The notes beneath the pieces are model-generated. The model saw only the letters and a program-made list of their open reading frames with translations, ran no database searches and was not told where the DNA came from. Positions 48,349 through 64,000 of a DNA stretch of 64,000 nt are shown piece after piece. Position 1 is the first letter of the stretch. Each line of letters opens with the position of its first letter. This DNA is from Perkinsus chesapeaki ATCC PRA-425. Taxonomy: Eukaryota; Protista; Perkinsozoa. The stretch lies in contig JAAPAO010000108.1 in NCBI GenBank assembly GCA_013115145.1, positions 1 to 64,000 of the forward strand, in the 5' to 3' direction. Made by a program: the position numbers and the translations under genes.

Positions 48349-50400
48349 ATGCGGTCCCGACTTCGCAGCCTTCTTTTATTGATTGGGCTGGGCTTGTATA
48401 CTGTATCTTTCACGGTAGTATTGTTACATATCTATTTCACTTTATATTTTATCAGGTCAGCTCGACTAAGTCGTTATTGCTATGGTTGGGCAACAGTGAT
48501 GGCACTAAAGCAGTTGTGGCTACACCGGTAAGAAGTGACCTAGTCCCGAGTAGTGCTATCTTGTGTTAGGAACAGTTGGCTTTGGACTTCTTGGATGACC
48601 GCTTGCTCGAGGCTCATGCGCAGGCGCTAGATCGCTACGTTGATTGTGTTACGCAGAATACTGCTTCAGAGCGGCCATGTCGCCGAGATGCTATGGGAGT
48701 GTTTGATACGATAGCTGCTGAAGTGAAGACTCCAAAAGAGGTTGAGAAAGAAGCCAAAGTGCTGATCAATTCAGCACGGAAATTACTGCAGACTGGTCTG
48801 GAAATGTTGCAAGCTGAAGTGGACCGGTTACGGCTAGCAGCTAGAGCGGCCAGTGATGAGCAACGACAGGCACTTGCTTGGATAGGGGAGATGGCACAGA
48901 GAGCTAAGCATAGGGAAGAGGCGCCGAAGTCGACTGGGGTTAGGCTGAGGGGCGACGCGTTGAAGAACGGCGGCGCATTCAAAGATGCTATTAGTAGCAT
49001 ACTGGGCAGCATCGAGATAAAAAGCCCGGAAGGAGGTCTCCGGTTCGATTCCGGGGGAGGGGAAAATGGTAAATCAATATTGGAGTTGATAGGAAGGGCG
49101 GCGCAAGATGCTGGGCCTTCCCTAATGTTTGAGTGGTAACATTTACTGGTTACTATTGGTAGCATTACTCTTATCAATTACCTTGACATTGTGCTTGGTT
49201 TGATGTAGGGGTAGTGTGTCTAAGTGCAGTTTGTTGGTTTATGGTGCGGTCTGTTGCTGCTGCTAAACGTGGCCATTCTGGGAGTAAGGTGGAGAAGCGT
49301 AGAAGGCTCAGATCTATTGGACTGCTGGCTGGGCTAATATACGGATGTGGACTACTGGTAAAAGGGGGACTCTTATTGTCTACCAGCATCGTTACATTCA
49401 TTATATGGGAGTGTGTTATTATCACAATTGAGCTTTTGTCGATTTATATACTCTTCCCTCGATATCAGTATTGCCCTTATGATGACCCACATGGATTCAT
49501 TGGTTTGTCCTTCCTTAGGTGACCAGCTTCGGTCCATTATGGCTGTTTGGCTCCAACTCGGACAACTCGGATTGGTCCCGTCCCCACCTTATTACCAGGT
49601 ACCATACTATACCATTATCGCATGTCCTACTAGTATATTATTAGTTCCTCGGTCGGCGGTGAAGTCTCTGGAGAGCTTCGTGACTTCTTGAATGATCCAT
49701 TGGTTAATACCGATAGAGAGCAGACCTGGCAGCACCGTTATAGCCACAATCAGCTCGGAGACCTAACCCTCACTGGTAAGAGCGCATACGTACTTGCCCT
49801 TACTTTTCTATATGCCCATGTGATGGGATCGCTTGGTGTAGTATTACTGTAGTCAATCATCATATATTTTTCATGTCACATATGGCGACTTCAGGACAAT
49901 GTTGTTTTTTTGTATACTGTAAATTATGTTAGTTTATTGCCTTTGGTAGGTAATGACAAGGACGAGTGGGCGGCTAACTATCTCTACAACCTTCCTGGCA
50001 AAGGTAACTTTTTCCTAAACTTTTTACTCTTCGAAGTTCCTTGTTCAGGGCTTGGTACTGTCGAAGGTGCTCTCAATAGCGATCAGCAGCTAGCCCTTCA
50101 ATACTCCAACGCCATACAGGACGGAATGGTACGGTTTTATTTCGCTGTTTCACAGATTTTTGTTGGTTATTCAGCTGAGCGGGTCGGCTGGTTGGTCAAG
50201 TAATGATGGGTACTTTGGTAAGCTGTCTAAGCTATGGAGCAGCGGTAATGGGAAGGCGGCTAGGTATTATACGGCGGGGTAGGACGAGGCGTGTGTGATA
50301 CTTACTCAGCAGATATGATATAGCGGGCAATACCAATAACGGTGAACTGAAGCATCAATTACAGGCTCAATGGGCTAGGGATAACGATAGGGTAGAAACG
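48349..50400 (+). CDS. Hypothetical signal-anchored protein, multi-exon
   Basis: N-terminal hydrophobic MRSRLRSLLLLIGLGLYTV; helical 187-aa exon 48576-49139; several downstream short exons; family not recognised. Confidence 0.5.
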
Positions 50401-50551
50401 GCTGCAGATTGTTGAATGTGCAAGTGTGAAAATTATCAGGCGGAGGCTGGCATCCAGGCCCCCATAACTAATCCATATGGGTTCCTAACTAAGGGATCTA
50501 AGCAATGTAAGCATTGATGATATGTAAGGATGGTCGTTCTAATTCGCGCAC

Positions 50552-51697
50552 TCAGTTAATCCTGACTGGTACACTTCTTACAGTCGATCTCTTATTGACG
50601 GCGGCTACGATGTGAAGAAGCCTTTCGTAAGTTCCTATCATTGTTGTTTTGCCTATGTAACTGTCCTCAGGGAATGGAGGGAGGTGCGAGGCTCTCTTCT
50701 GGTGGTGAGCTCGAGGGTCGCTTAACTGCGAGGGCCAAGCCTCTGGACAGCATTGATGCCGAGTAGTCACTTAGGCTCCCAGCCTGTCGCCTTGTATTTC
50801 GTGGAGTGTAGGTATCGAGTTAGCGCAAAAACTCGACCCGATACGTCGAAGGGCTGGTGGGGATGGTTGACCGGCCTTGGTAAATCTCCTGTGGAATTGG
50901 AGCATAATGCACAGGTGGGAACGAGTCGTTATTCAATTCTGTCCCATCGCTCAGAACGTAGGTACAATATTCGAACGCACCTGGTAGCGTTATGTACGCA
51001 AACTACGAGAAGAGAGACTCTTCCCCTGGCCACCTACGTCTGGGCTATGCTATGACAAGTGACGATACGCATTGATAAGAATAATAAACGACTATCAGGA
51101 GAAATATTTGCACTGATTGGTAGATCCTTCCAATGCTTCCTATCAACACTAGTGACTTGCGTTGTGAGAGTTATCCAGTAAAGAGGAGTGAACGTGACCT
51201 AGCGCAGCGCGGGTTCCAAAATGTTCCATTTGTTCCAATACGCAAGGATTGACGCGCACTAATTGAGAAGTGTAAAAACCTGCATACTCCTGCGTTCATG
51301 ACTCTCTGCTATTACTCATCGAGTGCTGAACTGAACCTTCGTTCGTCAATCGAATAATAACCATCGCCGATGATGGCTGGTTCCTCTCGCTACCCAAATC
51401 GGGTACCAAGCTTCATGCATTTCTACCCCCATTCGTACTGTGCACTTGCGTTGTTGTGTTGCTGTTCGCCTATAACTGAGTCTGCTTTGATATAACATAC
51501 CCCATTCGGAACGTTTGATTGTGTAGGCTGCTGCTTGTGTTGGAGTTTTTACTTTCAACTACAACACGACACCTTCGCAGTATGTAGTTTGGAGAAACGT
51601 TGTGGCGATGCCAATAGTGTCTACGCTTACGCAACTGGCGAACACGCAAAGCCGCCAGTGCGATTGGTGGAATTGTTGGAGAACCTGAGAATAACAA
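50552..51697 (-). CDS. Possible multi-exon gene directly downstream of IMPDH
   Basis: Splice-like signals and short open segments; structure unresolved. Confidence 0.3.
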
Positions 51698-51717
51698 GTA
51701 CGGTGTGTGCTACCTTA

Positions 51718-53792
<2,075 letters not shown>

Positions 53793-53897
53793 TGAAATCA
53801 GGAAATCAGGGAATACGTCTACACATAAACATCATCATCATCATCATCTACAAGCCACCCCAGCCAACCAAACACTTCCGTGATAATTGAAAATTTG

Positions 53898-55370
53898 TCA
53901 AATAATCATCTCACCAGGGTTAACCACTGTCGCTCGGGCGGCTGCTGAGGTCGGCGGCTTCCTCTTACCAAACGGCACTTGGGAGCGCCAGGTGACCTCA
54001 TATCGAAGAACGAACGCAGCCTGGACAAGTTCTGGCTGATTGCCGTCCAGCCGTTTCAGAACCGACTCTAATATGTCCACGGTCTCCGTGTCCAATGTCA
54101 GCCCGCATGCGAGGAGGAATTCAATGGCACCATAGCACACACCCAACCTTTGAAGAACGACCTTAGTGTCGGACAGATCACCGTCAACAAGGCCGCGAAG
54201 GCCCGAGAGCAACACTTGAGCTATCCCGGAGAGGTAGAGGTCCGTTAGTCGCTGAGATGACAGCTTCTTGCACAGAATGAAGTGGAGGAGCATTGCAGCT
54301 GCACTGCGGGCATGGAACTGCGCAATGAACCATAAAGCGCTTATCGACAAGATGCTACTACTACCTGTTCCGCTACAGTGGCGTCGACCAGGACAGACTG
54401 GGAGATACATACAGAGGTGCAGATCTGAAGCACACGGGCGTAGATTCAAGTCAGCCGTGCCAGGCCGATACTACCGTTATGAAGCATTTCCAAGCGGCAT
54501 CAGCACAGTCCCTTTCCACTTGAGCCAGTTTCCCAGTAAGGGTATGAACAAGTCTCAAGTGCCCTAGTATAACATTAAGACTGCTACTACGCTGACTCGA
54601 CTGTACCTAGAGGCAGTGGTGAGGAATGTTATAAACAACGTCATCATCATCATCATCGTACTGCTGCGGCCAGGTCCCGTACGATATGCCTTATATATAG
54701 GTCAGGATGCTTAATACCCTTCAATTGCACCAATACTAGACTTTGACTCGTCTCTGTACATCCATCAACAGTGCAGAATGCATCGTGGATAAGGTCCACA
54801 ACCTAACATCGGCTCCTGTATGCCACATACCACTCCCAACGGCTACCTCCCTATACGGCGACTCTATCCTTGCCTTCTTCGCCAATGGTGGCAATCTATC
54901 TGTTGCGGATGGTTCTGAGCCCTTACCAACAGTCCGAGAGGATAACCAGTCCTGGCCTGACATCCCTAATGACCTTCCCTCGCTGGAGCAACGGCACACC
55001 TCTGCACACAGCTGCGGTGATGTCATAGTCGGTGTCTTGCGGTATCGGCAAAGGTTTGTTGATCTCATTTATCAGTCTAATAACTGCCTTCTCGGACTTG
55101 TCTCGCCACAGCTCTCCTATACGGCGTGCAATTGTCATCTACTTAGTCGATTCCATCAGCCATACCTTCCGTAACCCACCCCAAATCTTCAGTTAAAACA
55201 GCCTTAACCTTCTCAGCGGTTACTAAGGATAAAGCATCACATGCCTCCCCCCCCACATTACTACCGTTCTTCCCCGACTTCTCGATAAAGCCACGTTCAG
55301 CAACTCTAGCGGCGAGTGTCCGAGCTAGACGAAGCCCTACGGTTTGGATGTCATCGTGGATGGATGTCAT
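53898..55370 (-). CDS. Hypothetical protein, multi-exon
   Basis: ATG 55370; successive open exons down to the 183-aa ORF ending at 53898; no recognised motif. Confidence 0.55.
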
Positions 55371-55491
55371 AAAACATGAGGGACACCACAGCCTATGTAG
55401 AAGTCACAGAAAGACAAAAAAGCGGAGCGATGCGTGGTAGTAGGATAGCGCGCCCGCCATGACGATCGACCAAATATTGCCGCGATGCGGG

Positions 55492-55779
55492 GTCCTATAG
55501 TACAATAGATGATGTCCTATAGTACAATAGATGATGTCCTATAGTATAATAGATGATGTCCTATAGTATAATAGATGATGTCCTATAGTATAATAGATGA
55601 TGTCCTNNNNNNNNNNNNNNNNNNNNNNNNNNNNNNNNNNNNNNNNNNNNNNNNNNNNNNNNNNNNNNNNNNNNNNNNNNNNNNNNNNNNNNNNNNNNNN
55701 NNNNNGATGTCCTATAGTATAATAGATGATGTCCTATAGTATAATAGATGATGTCCTATAGTATAATAGATGATGTCCT
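55492..55779. repeat. 22-bp minisatellite (TATAATAGATGATGTCCTATAG) spanning an assembly gap
   Basis: Tandem copies flank the N run 55607-55705. Confidence 0.95.
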
Positions 55780-56001
55780 TGATAAATACAATATATACGG
55801 GCTTCTACTTCAGTGTCGATATGCCCACCTATTACATTTAACTGATTTAAACCAAAGATCTAATAACGATAATGCCCTGGAAATTATTGTCCTCAATATC
55901 ATGCAGTAGCACCATTAGCAGAATACACCCTGCTTCATTCACAATTATCTGTATTATAGCCTTCTTAGGTTTACAAAGTAGCCTTGGTTATTATCATAGG
56001 T

Positions 56002-58688
56002 CTACCCCCCTGTAGATGGTATAAGCTCTGGTGAGGTCGATATGTTCGATTGCCATGCAGCATAATTCGCCTTTAGTGCATCCCTCTTATCCTTCACCTT
56101 ACCCAAAACACTCTTGCACTTCACTGACATCTCCATCTCTAACACTTCAGTCTTATTATCAACCTATCAACCAAGACAACTGCACCGTCTTCCTAACCGC
56201 AGTGAACCTCTCCACCTTGCTCTGCGCAATTTTTATCCACTCCGGCGCGAGTTCTGCAGTTTGGCGAAGATACTCCTCCATAACCCGCGCCCCAAGAGGT
56301 TTATACCGCGCCCCACCGCCATTCGTAGACATGAAATGCCTGGACAAACCATCACAGTCCACGAGGCGGCCAGGAAGGCGACATACTTCACAACATCAGT
56401 GAGCCGCATTGATGGGTGGCCCCGCATGAAGTACAGGCGGCTGAGTTCAGCCACGATGGATGAGAGGAGCTCCAGGAAGTTCAATTGCCTGAAACGGACC
56501 ATACACAATCACCTTCGGAAATGGTTTATTTCTCACTCGCGCCATTTTAGATCTTCTTCATAAATCTTTGCCCCCTCCTTCTCTTTAGCCTCCTTCGCGC
56601 GGACCTACTTGCCATGACGCCGCCGTACCACATCAACGGATGAGCTCACTCTTTCACGCATCTCCTGTCGCCGCTCCGCAGGTGTCTTGCTGGCAGATCG
56701 ACTTCGCAGATTCTCCCGAACTGACGGGGTGCGCTGCAAAAAAACATGTCTCCCATAAAAAACACAACGAAACCCACAGCAGGCGTCATCGGTTCAGAGA
56801 GCTGCGGAAGTATGACAGGAACGAATGGCGACGCGCTGAGCTCCAGCCTCTCCTGTCGCCGAGCGCGTATGCCTGCAACCAACCAGCTTGTCATCTTTAC
56901 CATTGTGATATCGTCGTGTACCCGACAGAACCATGCTGGCTGGGGTCTGCGGCGTCATATCGCCACTGGGGGTTCCACGGCCTCTAAGCACTGGAGTTGA
57001 AGGTACCGATGCCTCCGCTGTCTCGAAAGGATTACATGGCAATTGGACCTACAGGCCAGTGCATCCCGCTTTAGAATACGAACAATTACTTGTGGGACAG
57101 GATCAGCCTCATCGGTGATGAATTTTTTAGGATCGCTGCACCGATGTTCCTAAGAAATGATCTCAACGAACAGATGGTGCGTGCATTCACATACTTGCTC
57201 CGCTAGAAGCTCTGATAGCCTCTGCTGGACAACTTCTGCACGCTGGAGTGCCTCCTTCGTATCAAGCCTCTTGGTTAACTCAACACCTATTATGAGACGT
57301 ACCTCCATAGTAGATGCTCTTCAGTCCTACCTGTCGAGTCCTTCTGAATCACCACTAGCCGTCTGAGTGAGCTGGTCCCCATCGAGTCCAGTTCACATGG
57401 CTTCTCTCGCCACTCAAGGTCAAGAAGACCACACGAGGCGAACACCACTTGGAGCAATCTACCCTGTAAGCAACCAAGCTGCACTGCACCTCACTGCGCT
57501 GCTCCGTTACCTTTGCGAACCGCTTGCCGCTAGCTCGCTCCACACCAGCCTTCAGTTGCAAATAATAAGGGACTTGGCTACGAGTCCGAAATAGCGAAAT
57601 AACCTCATCAAGCCTTGACAACACATCGCTCCATTCAAAGTACATCCCCTTACATCTTGAATTGATCCAGTACAGTCTTGTAGTGGCTAGGCAGTGCCCG
57701 CTTAACGACAGCACTTGCCTACGCGTGACGAGCTCATTCCATGGAAATGCCCAACTGCCCTACCTGCCTGGCAGGCTTTTTCTTTAATTCCTCTGGGATA
57801 GGCAGCTTTGTTGAGACTCCAATAGACATCACCGGTGGAGGCGGCAACTGTGATGTCTTCGTATCTGTCATACCGATAAACCGAAGCCAAGCACTACACT
57901 CGTACCACCAGCATCCTGCTTATCCGTAAACTCCTTGAACAGGTTCTTCACCGGTCCACGATCAGTACCATTGCCTCCTGGTAAAGACTCTCGTCTGAAG
58001 GCCAAGTCCAATCATACGGCAGCACCTGCTACGCTTACTGCTTGCCATCGGTGGAGGGTAGGTCAAGTTGGTCCACGACTTCCCCCATGCTTATCCGCGT
58101 GCCGCAACCTATCAACACCATCAAACCTACCACATGCATCCGGCTTACTGCTCCGATTCGTAACCAAGGAAGCTCGACCACGTGTAGACGGTCGTCCTCG
58201 TATTATAGATTCTCGGCGCGAAGCTTCGGGAGCATCCTAACAATTGAACATATGAAGCACGTAGATCGCCTGGTAGTTGCTACGTTGAAGTTGACCCTCT
58301 CGCCATCTCCTGGCCGCTTCGGCGTACCAGAGTTGAGGCGCTTTGCCGATGGTCGCGAATTCTTGGGCGTAGAAACGGGCATGCTCGAACTCCCTGCGAT
58401 GCCAGCCTAGCACACTGTTGCTGCTGGGATGCTCAGACCTGCCGTGAGATCTCCAAAAAGGTTCTTTCTCGGTGTAGCGCAGGCAGGCTCTATGTCGGGC
58501 GAGACTGATTCTCGGCGACGCTTCTGACTTGTGGATCGACCTGAGGAGGGGAATGCCTCCGAATCACATCGGTTCGCCAGGGCACCCCGCGCTGCTGACG
58601 GTGTCGCTATATCCTCTGACTGCTGCTGCTTGCTGCGACGCAGCAGCCTTGAAGAGACTCGACTTCCACTCCTTGGTGTGGCAGACAT
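56002..58688 (-). CDS. CDT1: DNA replication licensing factor CDT1-like
   Basis: Middle domain LPSHYKTVLDQF..LDEVISLFRTRSQVPYYLQLKAGVERASGKRF resembles the Cdt1 geminin-binding winged helix. C-terminal MEEYLRQTAELAPEWIKI resembles the Cdt1 C-terminal WH. The disordered N-terminus has many S/T-P sites and RKNLFG. Confidence 0.8.
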
Positions 58689-59335
58689 ATTAGATACAAC
58701 AACAGTCAACGGAAGCGAGATAGAGTCCAACACAGGAACTACTCTGCGATTCACAAACGCGAGGCAGAGCAAGCCAAAGCGGGAAACACGAATAGAAGCG
58801 AGTTGCCTTGTTGCAGGGAGCATGACACCAGCACCTGTGGTTCATTGCCGACGTGATTTAGACAGAGACTATCTAGATGCAGAGTCAAAATGGAAAAGTT
58901 GCCCAAGACTGCCGAGACAGATGACGCAGAGGTATCAAGGGACAGAATGAAGGCTCACAGGCCGCCTCGGCGGAAAGGCGCAGTCGAGATGCATTGAGAA
59001 TGCTCCCACATGAGTTGAGGACATACAGTGATGGAAAATAGCAGCTGTGGGCCAACATAGCAAACCTGAACAAATAAGATGGTGATAATGACTGTCACAG
59101 GAATCAGAAAAACTGGCCCAGCGGCCAGCCGTTTCTGATGCGGCAGCGCGCGCCCGGCCGCGCTGCCGTTAAACGCTTACTCCTAATGTTGCAACGTGCA
59201 ACACACCGTATCAATCATAAGTTGGGGAAGGCCTGAGAGCAAGCGTCTATATTAAACAGAGGGACACGCGGTACGTCAGCGGTGGGGCTGCAACAGGGTC
59301 GGGGTAGGGGATGGTTATGAAAAAGTTATTGGTGA

Positions 59336-60606
59336 TCACTCCAGGATCGTTGTAACGGGAATCTTCAACTCCTTCCTGGCAGCGACCTGATCAGCGGACG
59401 AAATAAAATAATACTCGCGGAAGAGAGACGTACAGATTCCGTTGCTGGAGAGCGTCGCGATAGGCGGTGGCACAACGGTGACGGGGGTCGGTAGAAGGCC
59501 TGCCGCGCTTTCATCACCGCAGTGAGCCTGCAAAATAGGGTATGTCACTGTCTCCAAACGCCAGTATACCGACGAGATGGGGAGGTGCATTGTAGCTTCC
59601 GTAATGCCGCCTGGTGTATGTGATGTAGAAGTTGTTAACAATATGAGATGCTCCATATTGTGGAGGAAGAACGATAGCCAAGGACGGGTATGGAGCCGGA
59701 AAACCTGCAGCAGCAATGATGGAGAAATGCTCCGCGGTAGGATATGGCTTCACCTGGATGGTGCATTGAGATGCTCGTTTGCGAGGGTCCCCATCTGCGC
59801 TGAGACCTCACAGGTTCTGATGTATTGCGATCATCTCTGTGGCGGCGATGTCGGCGAGAGCGCGGCTGGACACATAAGGGGACACGGTAAAACTGAACAG
59901 TAACGTCGCCTACCCTTCTCGATCTCTTTCTTGATGAGCGGAAGGGAGACGAGCACTGCAGTCCCGAACTGGTCTCTACCGGCGAGCGCCAAGATCCTGC
60001 GGTCGTCGTCGCAGTCTCAGGGAAAAGGTCGATCTCTGACGGACTTCCCGGGCGGAACCGATCTGTCGATGACAGTTTATTCGATTCATCCCCAGGCAAG
60101 TTGTTCATTTTGTCCGTGAGATTTACATCACTTCGGACACTCGAGATTGGGCTTAGACACTCCATACAATGGGCTGAGTTCCCTCCGAGCACGGGCGCCT
60201 CGAAATCGCCAATGTCTACGAAAGGATATAGCTATACAAGCTGCGGCATCGTCGCACTTCCGTGGTTATGAGATGAGCTTATAGGGGACGATAAGATCGC
60301 AGGAGGTACCTTGCTTAAGTTAGCTCATAAGACCACAGGCTTCGCCCACCACCTCCAGGAGAGGGGGCATCGAGTCGATGGACTCCTCGAACGCTCTTGG
60401 CTCTTCAAAGATACCGTCTCCGATCTGAAGAAGAGCAGAACTGCGGGACCATCAGCAGCTACAGCGAGGCCTTGCTGGCAGACCAGCAGGGGAATCCTCA
60501 CTGTGCCGATCCCACAATCAGTATCTCCAATCAGCTGCTCATCGTTAACCATTACGGAGGCTTTACTAAGTTGCATAAAATCAAGCAAAGCACTTTCAAA
60601 CTGCAA
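59336..60606 (-). CDS. Hypothetical Ser/Arg-rich protein
   Basis: Open minus-strand segments 60325-60606, 59635-60192 and 59336-59716; no recognised domain. Confidence 0.4.
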
Positions 60607-60775
60607 GATTCAAGCAGCATCTGGTATCAGCGACAGGCGGACAGCACTCCAGCATCCCCGACCGATAACGCAATATCTTAGAGGACTCACGAACGGGAGG
60701 AATGGCGGCGCCAAACAAGATGCATTTCTTAGAGCTACCACACATTAATAGAATGTGCCAACGAGTCTCGCCACG

Positions 60776-62743
60776 CTACTGCGGAACGCGTGACGGAAGA
60801 CAACGCTGCAGGGCTACTGCGGAATACCCTGCTTGACGTGACGTGGAAAAGAGTGCGATGGGAAGGACTGATACGGTGGCAAGCCGCTCGTACAGGGAAA
60901 TGCAAAGGGGCGCAGCAGAGCTACTGATAGAATGCTCTGTCGAAGCAGCAAGGACAATATGGAAAAGTAGAGATAGACACTTGTTTAGAGTGACATGATA
61001 CGTAAAAGGCGAATAAGGAATAGGAAGGCTGCCGATCCTATGTAATAACAATGATCTTCATATATAAGATTGCAGCTCATAGCGGACTTGAAAGAAATAA
61101 GAATAGGAGTATGGAAAATGAACGAAGGTGTGAAGAACCTGAGATGAGCTCATGAGCGGGTGGTATCGAAAGGAGAACCTTCGTTGGGTTACTTGTCCTA
61201 CACTTGTATCTCCACAGGAAAAGCACTCCTCACCGCGGCAACGTTGTCTTCAGCAGTATGCACCAACTTCCTACCTTGGACGTTGGGCCTAAAAATGGAA
61301 AGCTCAGAAGGATGGGGTCACCACCGTGGCTGCTTACAGTTAGAAATGCGACATACAATTGCATTGGCAAGCGCCTGCCGCCATGTGATGGCCGATGCCT
61401 CCCTGATGTAGGGTGCTTTGCATAGGGCGTGTGTTGGCAACAGTCTGTGAGAACTTCAAAGGTCTACCATTTACGACAAATAATGGTCTTAACCTGAGGA
61501 TCATGCGGCGAACGCCCAACTATGATTCTTCTCGATCGCGAGCTGGTAACGAGACATCTTACTCTGGATTTATCTCAGCGGCCACGGCTTTTCTGCTGTA
61601 GTGCTCGAGATTGTTACGAAATCCCTGAATCGTCGCCGGCACCACTTCGACCACTTTTCTCGAACCGAATCTCCCAAGTGTCCGACCCTTGCAGCAGACC
61701 CAATGCAAACACGGGAATCGGAAGCTAAGCCTTACTGTATAAAAGTGAGTAAACTCTTTGGCGAGCTCAGGCGTGATGAAGTTAATGAAGCAGTAGCCAG
61801 CATTAGCCATGGACACTCGATCTGAACCGGGCACTCGTAACAGCTATAAAACTCGTCTCACCGATCGGCAAATAGAAGAAGTCGAACTTGTCAGCAAATC
61901 CAGAGGTTGATATTTGTTGAATCAGTTCACTCTGTGTATATCGATTCGGTATGTTCCTGAATATTCTCCCTCCAAGAGCTCATACGGTGAGCAAGACTAA
62001 GTACTTCATCATCAAAGTGGTTGCTTCACTTTCTATCACCGATCCAGTCAGACAACTGGCTGCAGTTACCTAGCAAAGGTCGAAAAGGGGTAGCACGCCG
62101 GAGCGACGGGTGTGATCTGTTACTCCCGTCGAGACACTGCGGCCACGGCGTCTTTGCTTCGCAAAGCTATGACCACTCCAAGCCGCCGAGTTTCCACTAG
62201 GACGGAGCCTGCGATTGCTACCTGGCAATGCAAACTCGGCGGGCTGGTGCCAAATGCTCACCGATCTCACATGCTGCTCCAGAACTCCAGGAATCGCCGC
62301 TTCCGCGGTGTCCACCATTGTGTTGACTTCGCTGCGTTACACATGGTGCTGGGAACTCGGGCATCCTCGTTCGCCCCGACATCTCCAATGCAATCTGAGG
62401 ACGAGCGTAGTGGGCCGAATAAACCACAGGACAGGCTACATCAACAAGCATTCTTGTCATCATAGCTTCGGTATCGACTTGCTTTTCAGGAGGCGGAGTA
62501 GGCAGTAGTGCTGGCAGCTGTGGCTTGCATGCTGTACTGCTGTCAGGGAGGGAGCGAGCGCTCTGCTGTTCGGAATGCGCCGCTTCCAGCTCTTCCAGAC
62601 CACCTTCTTGTAGCTGAGCAGGAGTTCGATGCTATGCATTCGATGACCAGTAGCATCGACCATACCAATGTATCGATCCAGTTAAGGTTCCCAGTGGGTG
62701 CCGTGGTGCCATAGAAGTCCAAGGGTGTTGGAGAGTGTTGCAT
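60776..62743 (-). CDS. Mei2-like RNA-binding protein (C-terminal RRM3)
   Basis: TTLMM..NIPNRYTQSELIQQI...KFDFFYLPID..SMANAGYCFINF...VVPATIQG...LEHY...ELRPLF matches the Mei2/AML RRM; 3' end approximate. Confidence 0.85.
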
Positions 62744-62849
62744 GAGTGAAGTGCTGTAAGCTGCTGCGAACTATCCCAACTATTGACCATGAACTACAAA
62801 ACGATCAACTATGGAAACTGAGAAGCACCAGCTGTCTTACACATTTCGT

Positions 62850-64000
62850 TATCAGTTGGCCAAAGCAGCCATGCAATTAGTTGAAACTAATCATTGACAA
62901 CAATTGGCAGCAACGGATTCAAGTTACATGTCGGTCCCAAGAGGTAGTAGGAAGTATAATAGTTTGTCTTTATGGTAACGTCTCACAAGAAACGAACACA
63001 AGTGGGCATAGAAAAAGGTATAATAACAATCTGGAGTATGTCACTCTGGAACTGCCAGATCACTGTATCGAAAACTCTACCTTTAAATGTAGGTGGTTTG
63101 AGGAAAACGTACATGGCAGACATCACAGAAGCAGCAGCAACAACAGGCCCGATAGCCCAGTACGTGTCTGGGAACCGCTTGCCGGGGATCATGGAAGCAT
63201 TCATTTACAATATTTAGCGAGATGACGACTCGTCACGTTTTATGGAATGACATAGGGAGGGGAAACCTGGGAAAGTATGACCACTATTAACAACAAAGCG
63301 AGATACACGATGATTGCTGCGCTCATCCACTCGTATACGAAAAAGGGGATATGTCCAAGTACAACAAACGAATCTTCATATTCTGAGTTGGCAGACGGAC
63401 TTCTGCATCGTGTCATTACCTTATAACGAAAATTGTAACAATAGTATACAGTAGAGACGACTTACCTGGGCTTGGAAACATCGTGGAATGGGGAAATTGA
63501 AGCTGACGTTCCAGGAAAATCGCCAATAACGCTACGATGCCAGCTGGAACCACTTATGAGCTCATGAACTATGCCGTCATAAAGGTGCCTATAATAAGTC
63601 CAAGAACCGTATGCTAGGCAAGCATTGGACACTCGGTACTCTGCAATAATAGTATCATCACAACTACACAGTATATGTCCACCCTTGGCCTGATTAGAAT
63701 GCCGATTCAACGAGCTCTGTTTGGCAGGGCAAACGGAACCTTGGCGAGATCTGAATAGAAGCTACTCTTCATGCCGTGGATCAGCATCCCCACGGATCTT
63801 TAATCTCACTAGAGCCTCTCAAGGGTACACGGGAGAACGTCAAGCGGTAGCCTTCGACGAGGAAGATTGGGCGAAACCTGAAGAGGACAGGAAACATACA
63901 CAACGGCATTGAATGCCCCAATCATTCGCTATCAGTCGAATACAGCAAATGAACGCCCAATTTGAAGCCACCACCTACTCCTCCTCCGAATCAGTAGCGA
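62850..64000 (-). CDS. Multi-pass membrane protein, 5' part outside window
   Basis: Hydrophobic exons WMSAAIIVYLALLLIVVILSQ and YWAIGPVVAAASVMSAMYVFL; family not recognised. Confidence 0.45.

Noticed and set aside
58287-58301. ERVNF (RVxF-like) in CDT1
   Set aside because: RVxF alone is degenerate; it lacks the F+4/F+9 pattern and exon architecture of the array.

Overview
Intron-rich eukaryotic genomic DNA with ~40-60 nt GT-AG introns and two N-gaps. The gene content and style best fit a perkinsid alveolate such as Perkinsus; this is an inference, not a database result. Positions 0.7-14.7 kb form an island of predicted secreted/surface genes: four intact CAP/SCP (PR-1-like) paralogs plus a truncated copy, two paralogous small Cys-rich genes, a mucin-like gene and a TA-flanked MITE. 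Recognisable housekeeping genes are AP-4 sigma, an XMAP215/ch-TOG polymerase, COX11, a membrane-anchored class I cyclic-nucleotide PDE, IMPDH, CDT1 and a Mei2-like RRM protein. Two signals stand out. (1) At 29.1-37.7 kb, seven small, highly diverged, co-oriented genes each have a phase-1 intron followed by an exon carrying an RVxF-type PP1-docking motif with an aromatic residue fixed at F+9. This is a candidate tandem family of PP1-targeting subunits that the ORF track mostly hides. (2) The PDE C-terminal tail is built from seven consecutive symmetric phase-2 exons, each encoding one acidic-P-[ML]-[VLMI]-S-Y-x-x-[LA]-Y repeat. All exon structures were inferred by hand from splice signals and frame continuity.
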